This document shows positions 1 through 13,800 of a stretch of DNA of 64,000 nt, one piece after another (the first letter of the stretch is position 1; every line of letters starts with the position of its first letter). This DNA comes from Takakia lepidozioides (Eukaryota; Plantae; Bryophyta): positions 25,978,001-26,042,000 of the forward strand of contig CM060733.1 in assembly GCA_030704615.1 (NCBI GenBank), in the 5' to 3' direction. The position numbers and the translations under genes were made by a program. The notes beneath the pieces were generated by a model. That model searched no databases. It was not told where the DNA came from and was given only the letters and a program-made list of their open reading frames with translations.

Positions 1-2472
1 GAGGTGTCGGCGCTGTATCCTCAGTAGTCAAACACACTGGACCTCCCGAGAGCCGATGAAACGTGCAAGGAAACACACGCACCCGCCGTCAAAAGTGTTG
101 GTGGTGGAAAAGGTAGCTCTTCCCAGCCTTTTGGACCACCAATCAGCCATGCTCACATCGTCACAGTTGTTTGTTCGTCCCTAATAATAAGAAGACAGCA
201 GCGCTAGCATGGTACACTTGGATCTGGATCTCAGTGCATTTGTCTTCAATCCCTTATATCGCGCACTAAAAGTCGGCTCAAGAGCCGGACACTTTATAGA
301 GCAGATTCAATGACTGGGCACAGGGAATCCTGCGGCAGCTGATTCCTTACGATGTTCCAAACAACGTTCCAAAAAGTCGGGAAGGAATTAGCACTTCTAT
401 TGCTTGGCTTTTGTGACGGTTTTTCATCGTGGGGGGACCAGAGGGAGAGATGAAGGAGACATACTGATACCCAGGCCACACCTACTTGCCTCAAAGCAGG
501 GCCCTTCGCGGGCAGTCAGGCCGAGGCCGTTCCTACGCTGCCCGGCCGGGCGTCCGCTTGACTTAGTTTAACGCAATAGAAACTACGTTATGGAGATGGT
601 AGTGCGTTCCTCGAATGCTGTAGCCTGTAGTAGGGCGCCACCAATGTGTGAAGGCCCCATGGGAGCAGGAAAGGATGATAGAACTCTACCATGACATCAC
701 CCTTTGCCTTGCTGGATCTTAGCTACCATTCCCTGTTCTTCAAACTGGGTCCCGCCAAGGCAAGGATGTGGGTGTGGCCGCTTGCCTTGCAGTGAAGACG
801 CCGTTTCCGACTAGCCTCCTGCTAACTGAGGCAAATGCATTGTGTGGCCTGGCTATGAGACTGGCAGCTGGGCAATAGAGTTTACTTTATTTGTTAGATG
901 ATATACATGTCACCCATGCTCAGATTGGACCAGTTCACCTACTTCAATTGGGGTCAATCACATAGAGTACCTTATGAAGAGTATCTTAGATATACATTAG
1001 TAACAAGAAGGTTTCTTCAAACTCAGACCTGGAATTCCAAGTGCTCTCTTTGAAGAACTCATACTCAGGTCACTTGCAGGGGCCAGGGAGCAAAGTAGGG
1101 CCACTTTATACACGCCACAAGCGAGCCCCACAAAATGTGGTGGTGGTTGGTCATTGGAGTATGTAATTTGGCCTTTGGGCGGATACTTCACAAATGGGAT
1201 TTCAATGGAAAACTTAATGTCCATGTGGCAGTGTAATTGAAGTTTCAGCAACTTCAAATGTATTGAAGGTGTTCTTTCCTTGCTCTGTAATTCACTGGAC
1301 GTTAAAGAAACTTTATCCTTTCCTTGCCATTCATTAACCCCCACCTACCAATACCTAAATTAGACTTGGTGAAGGGAGTTTCCTTTCTCAATAGCCGTGA
1401 GGCAAAGCATTGCAGAGAAAGGAAATTCTTTATTGCCCAAAAGGGCTTTTGATCTTTTTGAGAAGACAATTGCACCATCATGGTTTGGTTGGACTCTCGA
1501 AGCATAATTAATTAGCAAGTGAAACCTACGTCTGCTACAAAAACACAGCATGATTGACTGGTCCCCTCAATGAGTGACTCAGATTATATACACAATCAAA
1601 TGCTGGAAAAGGGCTAGAGGCTGCCCATTAAGTTACCCATGTCGAGAGAGTCACAAATTGAGTCAATTCGACCTATACAAGCGAGAAAAATATTCTTGTA
1701 CATTCTACATTCTTGTACATTTCAGCATCAATGTCAAAATCCTGTTACTCCCATACTCCCATACATTAAAAATATTTAAAACAAAATCTTGTTGTTGGAC
1801 TCATGTAATGAACTCTACAATATAAGTCATTGAATTAACATCATATAAATCGAATCATAGGTAGCTGTAGAGGATAATCCTATTAGAAAGAGCCCCACCA
1901 AAATCACATTCCTTAAGAAAACCCCTAAAATGTCGCCTTAAAACAAGACAGAGAAATAAAAGTGCTGGTTCCTACTAGGGTCAAACTTGGCCAGCCAGAT
2001 CCCACCAACAAAACGTTTTGTCCAACAGACCGGAAGCCACACTCTAGCCAGCACAATTATGCAATGCTCAATGTGATGTGGGGGGCTTGTGCCGTGAGTT
2101 GGTCAAGTTCAAGGTGGCTCTCTCCATAGGATAGAAGGTATTTTGATCCTCTGATGCACATGATTGAGAGTGGGGCACTATTCTCTGTGGGAGGATCCAA
2201 GCTCACAGATCAGCTGTTAGGACACACTGGGCAGGCTGAGTACGCTCATTGGCAGATAAGAATGTCGCCTACTCACAGGTTTTTACTACCCATATAGAAA
2301 TCGAATACTGTGTACAGTTCATACCCACTCTCTGATTTGGGGGTGGTTGGCACAGCTTAACATGTATCCTGTGACATTATCAACAAAGGTATTGGTGATA
2401 ATAAACTATCTGTGAGGAAACCCCCATGTTGCCGCATGTGAAAGGAATGCTGGGGCAGGGGTAGAGGGTGAC

Positions 2473-5400
2473 TTATGGACGGTAGTCAAGGCCAGCACCA
2501 TATTGCCATGCTTCAAAGCGGCGTCTCCACACATACTGCTCCTTCTTGGGTAGACCATTCACCCATGATCTGAATACCCACAAATAGTCAGAAAGTGTTT
2601 TCCAATCTAGTTTTGTTCATCCTGACAGGGCCATTTTCTATGGTAAGATATGGCTGAAATACCTGATATTCAAAGATCCTTTGATAGTGGGCATCTGAGT
2701 ATGTAAAGTGGCTTAAAGTAGCTTTATAAGATACAGCTAGCTACTTTCAAAACTGTTGTTGAATGTGTGATCCACCGTTTGCAATTTACATTGCACTTTA
2801 GGACTTGGGCGTCAATAGCACAGCCCTGGCAACCACCAGTTCATAGGAGCCATCTCGTTAATCACTGGGAGTCTGGCATGCACTTACATCACATCCACAT
2901 TTTTGCTCAAGTAGAGTGACTAAAGAAGACTGTGGCCCACTTACAGTGCTTGGTTTCCAACACCACATAGCAATAGACCCCAATCAGTCTAGACATGCTC
3001 TCAGTCTGTCACACACTGAATGAGTTGCAATGGCTACCTAGCCTACTTGATGTATCCAAAATTCCAGATATATGAATAAGCCCCCTTTTCTCCCATATTT
3101 GGCACTACATGTCCTCAAGCAGGTTACTCACTGCACAGCTCATTGAATCTCGCATTGAAACACTGTCATGTAGTTGCATTTCACATGCTTCTAGTCTAGC
3201 ATCATCATTATGTTGAAGGCTCCACTTCAAGCAAGTTCAATGGCCAAGGTATATACCAGACAGACAAGTTTGATGAAAAGTACACGTGAAAGAGAAACTC
3301 ACAAGAGAGATTTCGCGATAACCAACCAAAGTATGCTGTACATCGCAAGTGCTATGAAGTGACGTGTCCAGTCCAAGAGTGGCAAAAAGCCCACCTAAGC
3401 ATGCCGCATAAAACATAAGCTGTTATATTTACTCACTCTATGTTGGAAGTAATTAAACATATCTAGAAGACTAAGAGTCTTGAAGGCCAAAGGTTTAGAA
3501 GTCTAAGAGACTATCTTGTTTAACTCACCTTTGGAAGGTGAATGGCTAGAAGGTGGATGTTCACCATAGTGGAAGTGGAAGTGACCAAGTAGGACTTTCT
3601 AGAGACCTTCTTGTACAAGCTCGGGGGTGAAGCCACTAGTCTAAGGGTAAGAGTATGATGGTGGCTTCTATGGTTGGGAGGAGAGCTTTAGTTTTAGCTT
3701 TAGTCTAAGACTTTAGTTCTTATTCATGTTCTTGCTCAATTCTAACACTCTACTGGATAGCAGGAGTCATTCTCTATCACTGTTTAGCTGTCATATACAC
3801 CGTCACCATCAAAAGATACTAGCACAACATTCTCAAAAATTATTTACTTACAGTAAGCTGATCATCAGTTGGGAGTCAGTTCAGGTGCTTAAAATGCACT
3901 AATGTTGCACATAGAGCATCTAATGTGACCCTCACAACATCAGTGCTGTAAGAACTCCGCACCTGTCGTAAAATTTGTGGTATAAAGAGAGGCTTGGACA
4001 ACATGATAGTAGTCAACAACCGCACTTGAGGTCCAAACTGAACAACATCCTGCTTGTCCAAGACCACACAAAGGCACACATCCGTCACTGCTAATTCAGA
4101 GAATCCGCCAAAATTGGTAAAGACTTGTCATGGCTCCAAAACAATTCAACAGATAATGGCAGGAAAGGGTGTCAATCCCACGCACCTGAAGGAAAGGACG
4201 CAAGACTGGATCACCAAGCCTCTGCAGGTAAAAGAAAACGATGTGCTTGTTAGACTTAGCATGCCGTAAGCTTTTGAGCACTAACCTTCCACCCAGTTTA
4301 GAGACAGCAGTAAAAGGGGTGCGGGGGGAGAGATGAAGGAAGGAGTTTCACAAACCTTCATGCACTGGAAGTTGATCGAAAGTAACTCATTGATAAACCG
4401 TGGCGATGACTGAATGTCAAGCCGTGCAGACATAGCTCGCTGATACATCCAAACTACACTCAAATTGGGCTGAATAGCACAAGAACAGTGCCAAGTATTA
4501 GCCTAAAAATCAGTTGCAGCACAAAAGCCGCTGCCACTTATCACTGCCGGAAGCTCTACCAATGCACACTAAAACTGATAGCTACAAGCAACTCTGCAGC
4601 ATCCAGCAAGCCAAACAGTGACTTGATAACTTACTCTATGGGTCTCTCAAAGAATGTCCAAACAAAACTAAGTTAGGCGTAACACTTCCCTGAACTTGTT
4701 TCCACTTTGTGACATGGGTGAACTTATGGATGATCTGAAGGGCCTACCTACCCTGACTGAAATTTAAACTCGGGGCAGGGAGTCTACCTTTGAACAATAA
4801 ACAGATGCAGAGAGGAAAGGGACATTGTCAAAGCCCCGTGAGTGGGCGGCCTGAAGACAAGTATCTGATACAATGTCCGGGGTATTCTCATCAGAGAGCG
4901 ACCCTCTTTCAGGACCATCAAGAACATGGCCACGAGGCTACGGCAAACAACGTCTCATGGGTACATTTTTTCCTATAGATCTCTCCTACCTATAATCAAG
5001 ACTGGGACACAAGAAAGAACCACACCAGATAGGGGTTGAGGAGACCCAGACTCCTCTTATCCAGAAGATCTGCCTCCAGCGCATCCACCAACCCTGCATA
5101 CCAAGAGGTTCAAAGTCACATCAAAACTTAAGTGACAACCTGAGCTGGCTTCCAAGACGTCATACCAGAACGAGAGGCCCCCTTCAGAGCGCGAGCATGA
5201 ATGTATGTCTATACAAACTTCATTTTGTCCTGCTGACACGACTATAGCTGGCAGTTCTATGGCCACAATCTGGGATCAGCTTCTTGCCCTGCCTCCAAAG
5301 TGTGTGGTGAGGTTTGCTGTGTTTTAGCTGTCTTCCTCTGGACATGAAGTTTATTTCAACATAGCCTCTCTGTCTCATCCCTCCTGCCTCACACTCCAGA

Positions 5401-8400
5401 AGGTCTGGAAATTTCTTCAAGCATGACCGCAACAAGCTGACATGAAACTTCACATAGAGTGGACCTGGACATCAGAGAACCCCCTTACAACAAAGCCGGA
5501 GTTCTTTCCTTGTACTCCACAATGATCAACGATTACAGCCCAATTATTATTGCACAGCTCTCTCTCCTTGTCTTCTACGAGCATTATCGTGGGTGTGTAA
5601 GGACAAGGATGAAGGGACCACCAGTTGAGAGGCGACGCAGGTGCCGTGTTATGGCTCCAAAACCACCAAAGGAGATTGGTGATTGGATGCCACTCGCATC
5701 ACCCACCTGCAACCATCATCTTACCAAGGTCATTGTGTTATGGAGAGAAAGGCTGTCATGCCATTACATGCACTATTTTGGCACAAAAAACTCAAAAGAA
5801 AAATCTATGAACAAAGCACTATAAGTCATTTGGGTCTCATGGCCCAGTGCAAGAACACCCCAACAAGCTGCTTCGTTGAAAGTGATCATCCCCTACTTCA
5901 ATGCAGGCCCGACGGACCACTCCTTATCAGGCAGGGATTTGGGAATGCAGCATCACTGCTTTAAACCTGGGGAAATCTACAACAAAACTTCCTAAGACAA
6001 CTCACATTCCTAAGACAACTCACATCTTAGTGTGCCAGACCTCAATTTATTCCTGACTGTCGGTGATAGGTCACACTGCCTTAGAAGATCAGTGAAGACC
6101 AGACACTCGCTATTGTCAGTGCTTCCTAAACCTCTATTATGCGACATAAACTTGTGCAATGAATGGTACCTGCAAGACCCGGTCAAATGCTGCAGGTAAT
6201 GGGCTGTGCACAATGAGGCCCACAACATTGTTTAGCCATCCAACCTCACAATGGTAAGTACAAAAGCCCAGACAAAGCTGTCACATACTTGTGCTTTGCC
6301 ATTATGCTGGTTCCAGGGCCTCAATAAATGAGCCTTTCCCATGGGTGAAGTAGCCTACATTATTGAGCTAGGTCTCTCCCTCATCAAGCTTTTCTGTGTA
6401 CGTGAAAGCGATCTTCTGCACGAATTTCGTGGTCTGTACTTGCTAAATACACTTTGGCTTCACAGCCTCTTCAACAAACCTGAACTACAGACAGCTGTTC
6501 TCAGCAAATAGACCAGCTAAAATAAAGTACATACGGACCTGGATCGGTAAGTAGGGAAACAACCAAAAAGCACCCGCAATATCTGCAAGTCCTCCAGCTT
6601 GACCCCCTGCCCAACCCAAGAACACACTCTCAGTAAGGAGCGGACCACACTTCAATGTTCAGAACTAAAAGTCCAAAAGCGCATTTCTGCCATAATACTA
6701 GTTTATACCGAAAGAGATTAGGCATTGAACTCGCACCAAAACAACTTTGCCTTGTCAGAAAACAAATTGTGCTTTAGATTGTCCGATTATTTGTCCAAAG
6801 TTCTGCAAAGACTAAACTAGGGCCTATGCTACAGTCCTTCTCCAAGCCTAGCCAAACAGAATTACACCCCACAACAAATTCATGTGTTGCCTACCACCTG
6901 GGGATTCGGTAATCAAAAAATGACCATTGGAAGAGAGAAGAGGTGTGATGTGACTCCCAGGTTTAGGGAGATATTAAGGCATGCACAGATCTTCATATTA
7001 GACGTTGGCCACGTCTGACCAGTGTCTACTTGCCCCTATCTGTACTGCACACATAACTTTAGCCACCTCAAGTGCCCCATGCACCTATCAAGAGATGCTT
7101 CTGCAATAAGCTGTGACCACACCATCTTACTTTTATTCAGTCTTGCCCTAGTGAGCTTGTGGCCCAGGGGTAAGCAATGGCTGCAAGTGGAAGGGCCCCA
7201 GGGCAACAGCACCTGATTATGAGCTGACGCTCACATTTTGCATCAGTGGCACTAGAGTTGACAGGCGCAGAGAGAAGGTGATGATGCATCATTGTACTTG
7301 GCTTCCATTTCACAAAGTCTACACTGGTGAGGACGAGGATGGAAACAAGAAACTGGGAGGATTGAACAGAAGGACCAAAACAGCCCAATACAACAAGTGA
7401 TCCCTCCAGTAGTGGAACCAGTCCTTGTGGGTAAACAACTTTTACAACTCTTACATCCATGGGAAGCCAAGAGAGATCAATCCCCGAAAAGGAGATAAAC
7501 AGAGAGAAGAAGCAACAGCCGAGACCTGGTAAGGTGGCATGAGATCCCAGTAATCCTCTAACACTTGCTCAAGGGAAGGGCGAGTTGGAGTGGCATCCAT
7601 GTACGTGAACATATACGTAGTCCGGTCCCTGGGCCCCGAGCCAGCTGGAAAAGCCTGCTTTCACATACCAATGGCCATTCTACATCAAAAACCTTCAATT
7701 CCAGCATGCAATGCAGAACTACTAAGTAGATGCTGTCTCCTTCTAAAGCAGCCTTCTTCCAAATGTTTCTCAATTCTGGTTACCCTTCAGAAGTGGTCAT
7801 ATTTTGCATGGACACGTACCAATACTTAAGAACCTGGCAATCAAAAGAGTGGATTGAGAATAGAGATGGATAAATGGTTACTGACCATCACAGAATGTAC
7901 TCATGAGACATTGTTTGCCATAGCCTTGTGGCCACTGACCATCACAGAGACAGTGACTTTGGTCCCCCACTTAAAGCTCTGTCAACATACACCCCGTTAC
8001 ACGCAAAACAGTGGACGGGAAGTAGTAGTACCTCCCAGAAATACTGTGTTTTGGAGCAGCCAACTTCCGTCACAGGGGTGTTGGTATAAATGAGATCGCT
8101 GTAAGAATTATTGTCAAACCCACGAGCACAAGTGCCCACAACGAGGCATACCCCATCGGGGTGGACTCCCCACCGTATCTGCTCCCCGCCATGCCATGCC
8201 ACCCACAGCCTGCAAAATTGAAGACCCCATCTCATGTGGGTGGTTGGATATTGCTATGGCCAGTGTAACATGCACACTCAGTGCTCTCACTCATGTCTAG
8301 TGCAGAACATGTAGACTAAAAGATAACAAATATGTGTGCTTTAAGGTGTCTATGCCTCCATCATGCAATCAGCAATCATTGCAGTCTGTAGGAGCCAATT

Positions 8401-11383
8401 CACAAAGCAAAAAAGAAAGAAAAAACCAGCACTCACCTGGCGCACAATAGGAGATGAATTTCCCATGACATCAAGAAGGAGCCGAGACACCATCGACCGT
8501 TTATTATCTAGTGATAACACCTGCATCCAACTCCGGAAATTTCCAATTGTTTGGTTCCAACAGTTACACAAGTTCTATAACATTGACTGGTACGATTCAA
8601 AGCATGAATCCCTGGGATACGACATGCATGTGTGTTTCATTGCATTCTACAAATGCATGACCACAGCTTCACAGGGAATGTTATAAAATATTAGCACTCA
8701 AACATTAGTGTAGAGTGAGTATGATTACTCAATTTTATGTATGTAAGAATGAGTAAGAATGAGAGAGAAGAAGACAGGACAATGTCTCTTCAACAACTCA
8801 ACAGTCATACCTTAAAGGGTTGGAACCCTTCGTATAGACGTATCCATTCTATATGGATGTTAACTTACATAATCTAAATGTTGAATTACATCCAACAGGG
8901 AAAACAGCAGTGGAATGGAAAGAGGGAGCCTCTCACCGCAACATCATCAAAGACGTCAACATTTGAAAGGCCTATGTGTTCAAGCACCAAACCTCCCACA
9001 CTAAGAAATCGTTGCTTTACTGTTTCAATGAGTTTCTCCGGTCTGCCATTCAACACACCAACACAATGAAAAGTGAGAAGCTGTACACTCTGCATTTTCA
9101 GTCAAAAACATTCTAACCTTTAGTATCCCAGCAACAGCAAAACCTGACCTCGTTGACCACGGCAAAAAAAAAATGTCTCTGTGGAAGACCACCCTCACTG
9201 CTTGATTGCAGTCCTCTGTCAGAAGTAGCCAGGGAGCGAACTAAACGACCCTGCATGTGATAGCATAGTGGATAAGCTAACCAGGGCCCAGAGCTAGGTG
9301 GACAACCAACTTGTGAGATGAAAACACGACCTTTTCTGTTTCCCACCCTCCAAGGTTTTATGTTCCACATGGTGAATCTATGATTTCTCAGTACCAAGGT
9401 CTGGTAAAGATTATTGAAGGACCAGCGGAAAATAAGGATTGTTGGAAAAGATGGGCAGAAGAAAATGCTCCAGCTGTGAATCAAACAAACCACAGGGGTT
9501 TTGAAGATACAGTGGAAGACTTTCATCAAGCTCAGTCATCCGTCAAGGTGAGTGTTGCACAAAATTAAGTTCTTGTCTAGGAGAAAGCAGGTGCCAGGTA
9601 CAGTAAATAAAAGAGTAGGAGCAGAGGAAGGAAACACTCACGAGACCCCAAGGTTAAGGATGTCCTGGACCCACACATCTGTACCTCCTTCAAATCCCAC
9701 TCGGCTCTGCAACGACCCCAGACCATGGTTGAGTGACATGATCATCGCCAACAGTACAATGTAAGTATACAATAGGATTTTTAGCAGATTCAGAACTCAA
9801 GGGGGAAGTGGAGGAAAAGAAACAAAGAATATTTCCAGATGTTTTGGGAGCTGAATATGTTGATGTAAGGGAGTGGGTGGGAACTGAATTAAGGGATGAA
9901 GGCCCCCAACTGCAGCACACTTACAGGATTGAACTCAATCGAGATGACCTGATGAACCTCATCATGAGTCAGCACCCCTGCCTCCACAAGCTCCTGCAAT
10001 TCTTTCCTTGACACATTCCAGTCCTGCACACGCTGATGTCCCAAAACAATCTCCAACGTACATTGATTTTTTCCAGCTTAGAAGGCAAATGCGCAGAAAG
10101 AAAGTACAAACAAATGCTTCACTATTCTTGTGGCAATCCAGAACCGGATTTTGTAACAGGCAAGCCATCATAGAAGTTCAGATTTTGCATTAAAACTGTT
10201 TGATACAAAACATACAAGAACCAAAACAAGAGCAAGTCCATACCCCTCGAAGTGGTCCCCTTTCAACAATGGCCACCTTCATCCCTCGAAGTGCAAGAGC
10301 TGTAGCAAGGAATACACCAAGTGTGCCCCCGCAAACCACCACATCATACACCTCTTGGTTTTTCTCAATCCGTCCCGTCTTAAACCACTGACCCTGGTGC
10401 CGGCGCACTATGTCTGGTGCTGGCCCTGTCACTGCAATCACACCATCAGAAGCCTCTTGGGTATTGATAACCTTCCACTCGACAGAATCATGACAACCAA
10501 ATGTTGTAGCTGCAGGTATCTAAAATGCACATAGGAACATAAATCCGCAGTTTGGAAAGCTTTCAGCTGATCTCTAACTGTCACAGTTCAAAAACCATCC
10601 TTAATGCTCCAGGCACACAACCCTCTGAAGAACTGCAGCACTAAGCCCTTGACTAGCCAGCACTTTCAATTGGCCACATTATCCAAGAGGAAGGTATGCA
10701 ATGTCAAACCAGGCTTCATTGCTCGAGTCCGCAACCATTGCTCATCCATGCGCTTCAGTGCTTCATATGAAGACGCTCCTCCAGCCCCACCTGCCTCATG
10801 GCCGCCGGGTACACTCTCCATTATCCTCTGCACCCAACAATGTGAGCCTTCCTTCCAAGTCATAATGTGAGGGGCAATTTTGAACCACCCCTCGTTATGA
10901 CCAAGAACAAAAAGTACAAGAGATTCCTACTTTGTATGTCAATCTAAACACAACACGCCTGAGGAGGCTGAAGATTTGCACTTGCTGGGCATTTTTGGAA
11001 AAGCCAAAAACCCACTCGTGAAAACTAGGCTCAACGCAAGCACTCCGTCACAAAGATTACAACAATCATAAATTTGGTAAAAAACAATCTCTGTGAATCA
11101 GCGACGATGGGTAGTACAGAAGCGGTACACACGCGCCGTATCTCCGTACCATCGTGAAAGCAAGATAATTATCAAATTTTAATCGTTCTCTCTAAATTTG
11201 ATACCAGTTGCTTGGAAGGCCTACCTGAGTACGAGTTTTTGGACTCGTTGGGTTACTGGTGATTGGGGGAGCAGAGCATCGCCATTGATAAGCTGCCGGT
11301 CCAGGCACGAGGCCTGACACCGGATAGGGACTGTTGCACCAAAGACTGCTGAGGCGCAAGCCGGCCATGCCGTATAGGGACAT
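2473..11383 (-). CDS. CruP: CruP-type FAD-dependent oxidoreductase / lycopene cyclase family protein (At2g32640-like), plastid-targeted, 18 exons: 11383-11225, 10827-10710, 10431-10244, 10032-9925, 9706-9642, 9042-8937, 8520-8437, 8178-8032, 7654-7526, 6606-6539, 6203-6170, 5706-5622, 5093-5026, 4469-4356, 4221-4186, 4049-3963, 3394-3303, 2569-2473
   Basis: GT-AG exons splice in frame. They give a transit-peptide-like N-terminus, then RTQRIMES...EAGGAGGASSYEALKR, the Rossmann motif YDVVVCGGTLG..ERGPLRG, AFPAGSGPRDRTTYMFTY, VGDASGIQSPISFGGFG, RLGDPVLRPFLQDVVQFGP and the C-terminal EAWQYGAGLDYRP*. These match my recollection of plant CruP. Confidence 0.93.
3441..3747. mobile_element. Solo LTR (307 bp, Copia-like termini) in a CruP intron
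   Basis: Begins TGTTGG, ends CTAACA; perfect 5-bp TSD CTCTA at 3436-3440 and 3748-3752. Confidence 0.8.
8679..8897. mobile_element. Solo LTR (219 bp, Copia-like termini) in a CruP intron
   Basis: Begins TGTTA, ends CCAACA; perfect 5-bp TSD GGGAA at 8674-8678 and 8898-8902. Confidence 0.8.
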
Positions 11384-11829
11384 TGTAGACTCAAATACTC
11401 GAGAGGTAAGAGAGAAGCTCGTGGAATTCACAAAGAGAGAAGACAGGAGCTCATCCCTGCTCAGTAGACTGACAGCAAGCTAAAAACTCGCAACAATGAG
11501 GCATCGGGCATGAGGCCCACAAGAGGAAAAGGGCCCATGTAGAACGTGGACTGCTGCTTGCACTCCAAGCGTACACGCCACCAATGTCAAGTTGCCATGC
11601 TGCCATTGCCCAATTCTGCAAGTCACCTCCACAGGTTCTCTCTTTCTTTTCCAGCTTATGTATGTCCCTTGAGAAAGCAGGACCTCTGGATTCATGGTAA
11701 ATCAAAAACTTATTTTTAGATAGTGCTTGTGGCAGTTGACTGATTGGTAAAAGGTATGACCGGTGGAATGAGCCTAACTTATATGGGGCCTGCAGCTGAA
11801 CCAAGAGCGGCCATGTGTTTACTTGTGTC

Positions 11830-12710
11830 TTTTTTTTTTTTTCTTAAAGAAAGGGGAGGAAGCCCTTGAGAGCTTTATTGAAGATTATTGAAGGGAAAAA
11901 AATTAAAACCCTTACAAGCCGGAAGGCCGCCATGAGGCCTGAACACACTGGATGCCATTTTGGAGAGTGTCTTTTCGTTTCTCTTGAGTGTACATAATCA
12001 AGTGATGTTTACATTTTACACCATGGACGAAAACCTCCATGCCCTTGCAGGCTACCATAAGAGCCCAAAATTCTTTGGGAAGTTGTTTGCATGGCCTAGG
12101 AACAAGCTTCATGGCAATTTACAATGCACTCTGCGATTTACTCTTGCACTTGGAAAGAATGCATACATAATAATAGATGGGAGCAGGGTGGTTACATGTT
12201 TTGATCACTTTGAAAATATTTGAGCTGCACTTCTGAGCATGATTAGCGGGCAGCAATTTCTATTGTTCTATTTGTTGCTAGAATATTTTTTATTTTATTT
12301 TTTTGGTAAGGAAAGGGAGCAGGACCCTGGTAAAACTTTATTGAGAAGATGGAATTTGTGTTCAAAGATCATTTTTCAGAATAAGAGTTAAAGTTTCTCA
12401 GGGCCACTTTTCCCTAAAAGGAAAAAAAATAATAATAAGATAGTTTCTACCCCGACGGATAATCAAGAGATTCAACCTACTTTTTATACTTGTTGAGACC
12501 AAAGGTTTTTTTGGTGCACTCACAACACCAAAAATATCTATCCGAATATACTTTTTAGTTGATGAGGACAAACTTTGTGAATTTGTTGGTTGTTGTATTG
12601 GGTGGATCACAACATTGGATGTTGTGGAATTTCTGCAAGGTGTAGGTTCACAAACATCTCTCCAGCTTAGGTTGTTAGAGGATGGTCGCTTTGGTAGTGA
12701 GATATACACT
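11830..12710 (-). mobile_element. Two possible 5'-truncated non-LTR retroelement 3' ends
   Basis: Two similar 3' ends on the minus strand (near 11830-11885 and 12290-12350), each with AATAAA upstream of an A-rich tail. No TSD or RT motif recognised. Confidence 0.3.
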
Positions 12711-12713
12711 TAA

Positions 12714-13790
12714 GGCCAGGTTCCATGGGCACTCCCAAGTGTCCCCCCCAAGCAACCGCCCCTAAGAAGGAATCGCCCCTTACAAACGCCAAGGGGTGGT
12801 TCCATGGAGACCATCCCATCCGGCCCCCTTAATTCATGGCATTCAGTGCCATGTAGGCCAGTGACATAAAAAATGACAATTCATGAAATTACCAAAATTT
12901 CATCCAATGTTTCCCATCTTCGACTATTTCTTTTACACTGGACATTATCTTTTATATTATGTGTGTCTTTGATTTATTTAACTGTAGACTAGTCTCGCAT
13001 GTTTTCACGTCACGTAAGATTTTTCTCTCTCATCCCCCTCACATTGTGCTCTCTCACAACCTGATCATGGCCTTATCAAGACTTCGGATACATATCATTG
13101 TTTGATCAGTATGGATTATTATGATGCAAGCCATGAAGGATATTATTATGCAAATGCAGCTTTACAGTGGTGCTACCAATATCCAAGCAAAAGAATTATC
13201 ATTTGTACAGTTCTTTCCCATTTTCTCATAAATGTTTACTGTGTTACAGCTTTCAAAGCATGGACGTATTAGTTGTCCATGGTATATCAAACCGCGTTAT
13301 GTAGAAATCAAAAGCACTTGAGGTTGAGGAGTAAAACATACCTAAAGAACAATGAGTACCTTCTCCGTTTGAGTTACTCATCACAGAATTGATTGTTGTA
13401 GAATTCATAACATGCACATTCCATTGGGTCAACCTCCTCTCTTTGAGGAAGCCAATCTTCCATCTCCAAGTAAAGCTCTTCTAGAAAAGAAAATGGCAAT
13501 CCTTTCTTGAGTAGTCATCTCATAGTATGCAAGGTGACCAGATGGAACATCTTTGTCGTAGTCTTAGACCTTCTTCCAGTCACCAAATAACTTCTTTCGT
13601 TTTTTCTTACACACCCTTGGATCTCGGATCTGATTCACAACACCCTTGGTCTGAATCCATTTTGCAATCGATTTCCACTTCTCATTTCCCGATGCCATTT
13701 TCTTTTGCATGCTAATCCCATAGTGAATTTTTGTTCCCACTCATTCTTCTTTGCAGCAATTAATATTTCACTTTAGACAAGGTGCATTCA
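12714..13790 (-). mobile_element. PIF/Harbinger element A: left terminus plus degenerate Myb/SANT-like (trihelix) ORF at ~13460-13790
   Basis: TAA|GGCCAGGTTCCATG terminus, with the motif repeated ~80 bp inside. Frameshifted minus-strand translation reads EILIAAKKNE...EKWKSIAKWIQTKGV..RDPRVCKKK / KKLFGDWKKV*DY...YYEMTTQER, typical of the Harbinger Myb/SANT ORF. Confidence 0.65.
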
Positions 13791-13800
13791 CGCAACTCGT

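Noticed and set aside
700-766. Imperfect hairpin (CCTTTGCCTTGCTGGATC / GGTCCCGCCAAGGCAAGG) as a miRNA precursor
   Set aside because: Short, mismatched stem and no match to a miRNA family I recognise.
1-2400. Short ORFs and a TATA-like motif near 255-262 (minus strand)
   Set aside because: No recognisable protein similarity or splice pattern; a neighbouring gene cannot be supported from this window.
7137-7470. Candidate CruP exon in the ORFs at 7137-7470
   Set aside because: The expected GVxLExLxILRV..FPTYR exon is at 6606-6539, so this stretch is intronic.
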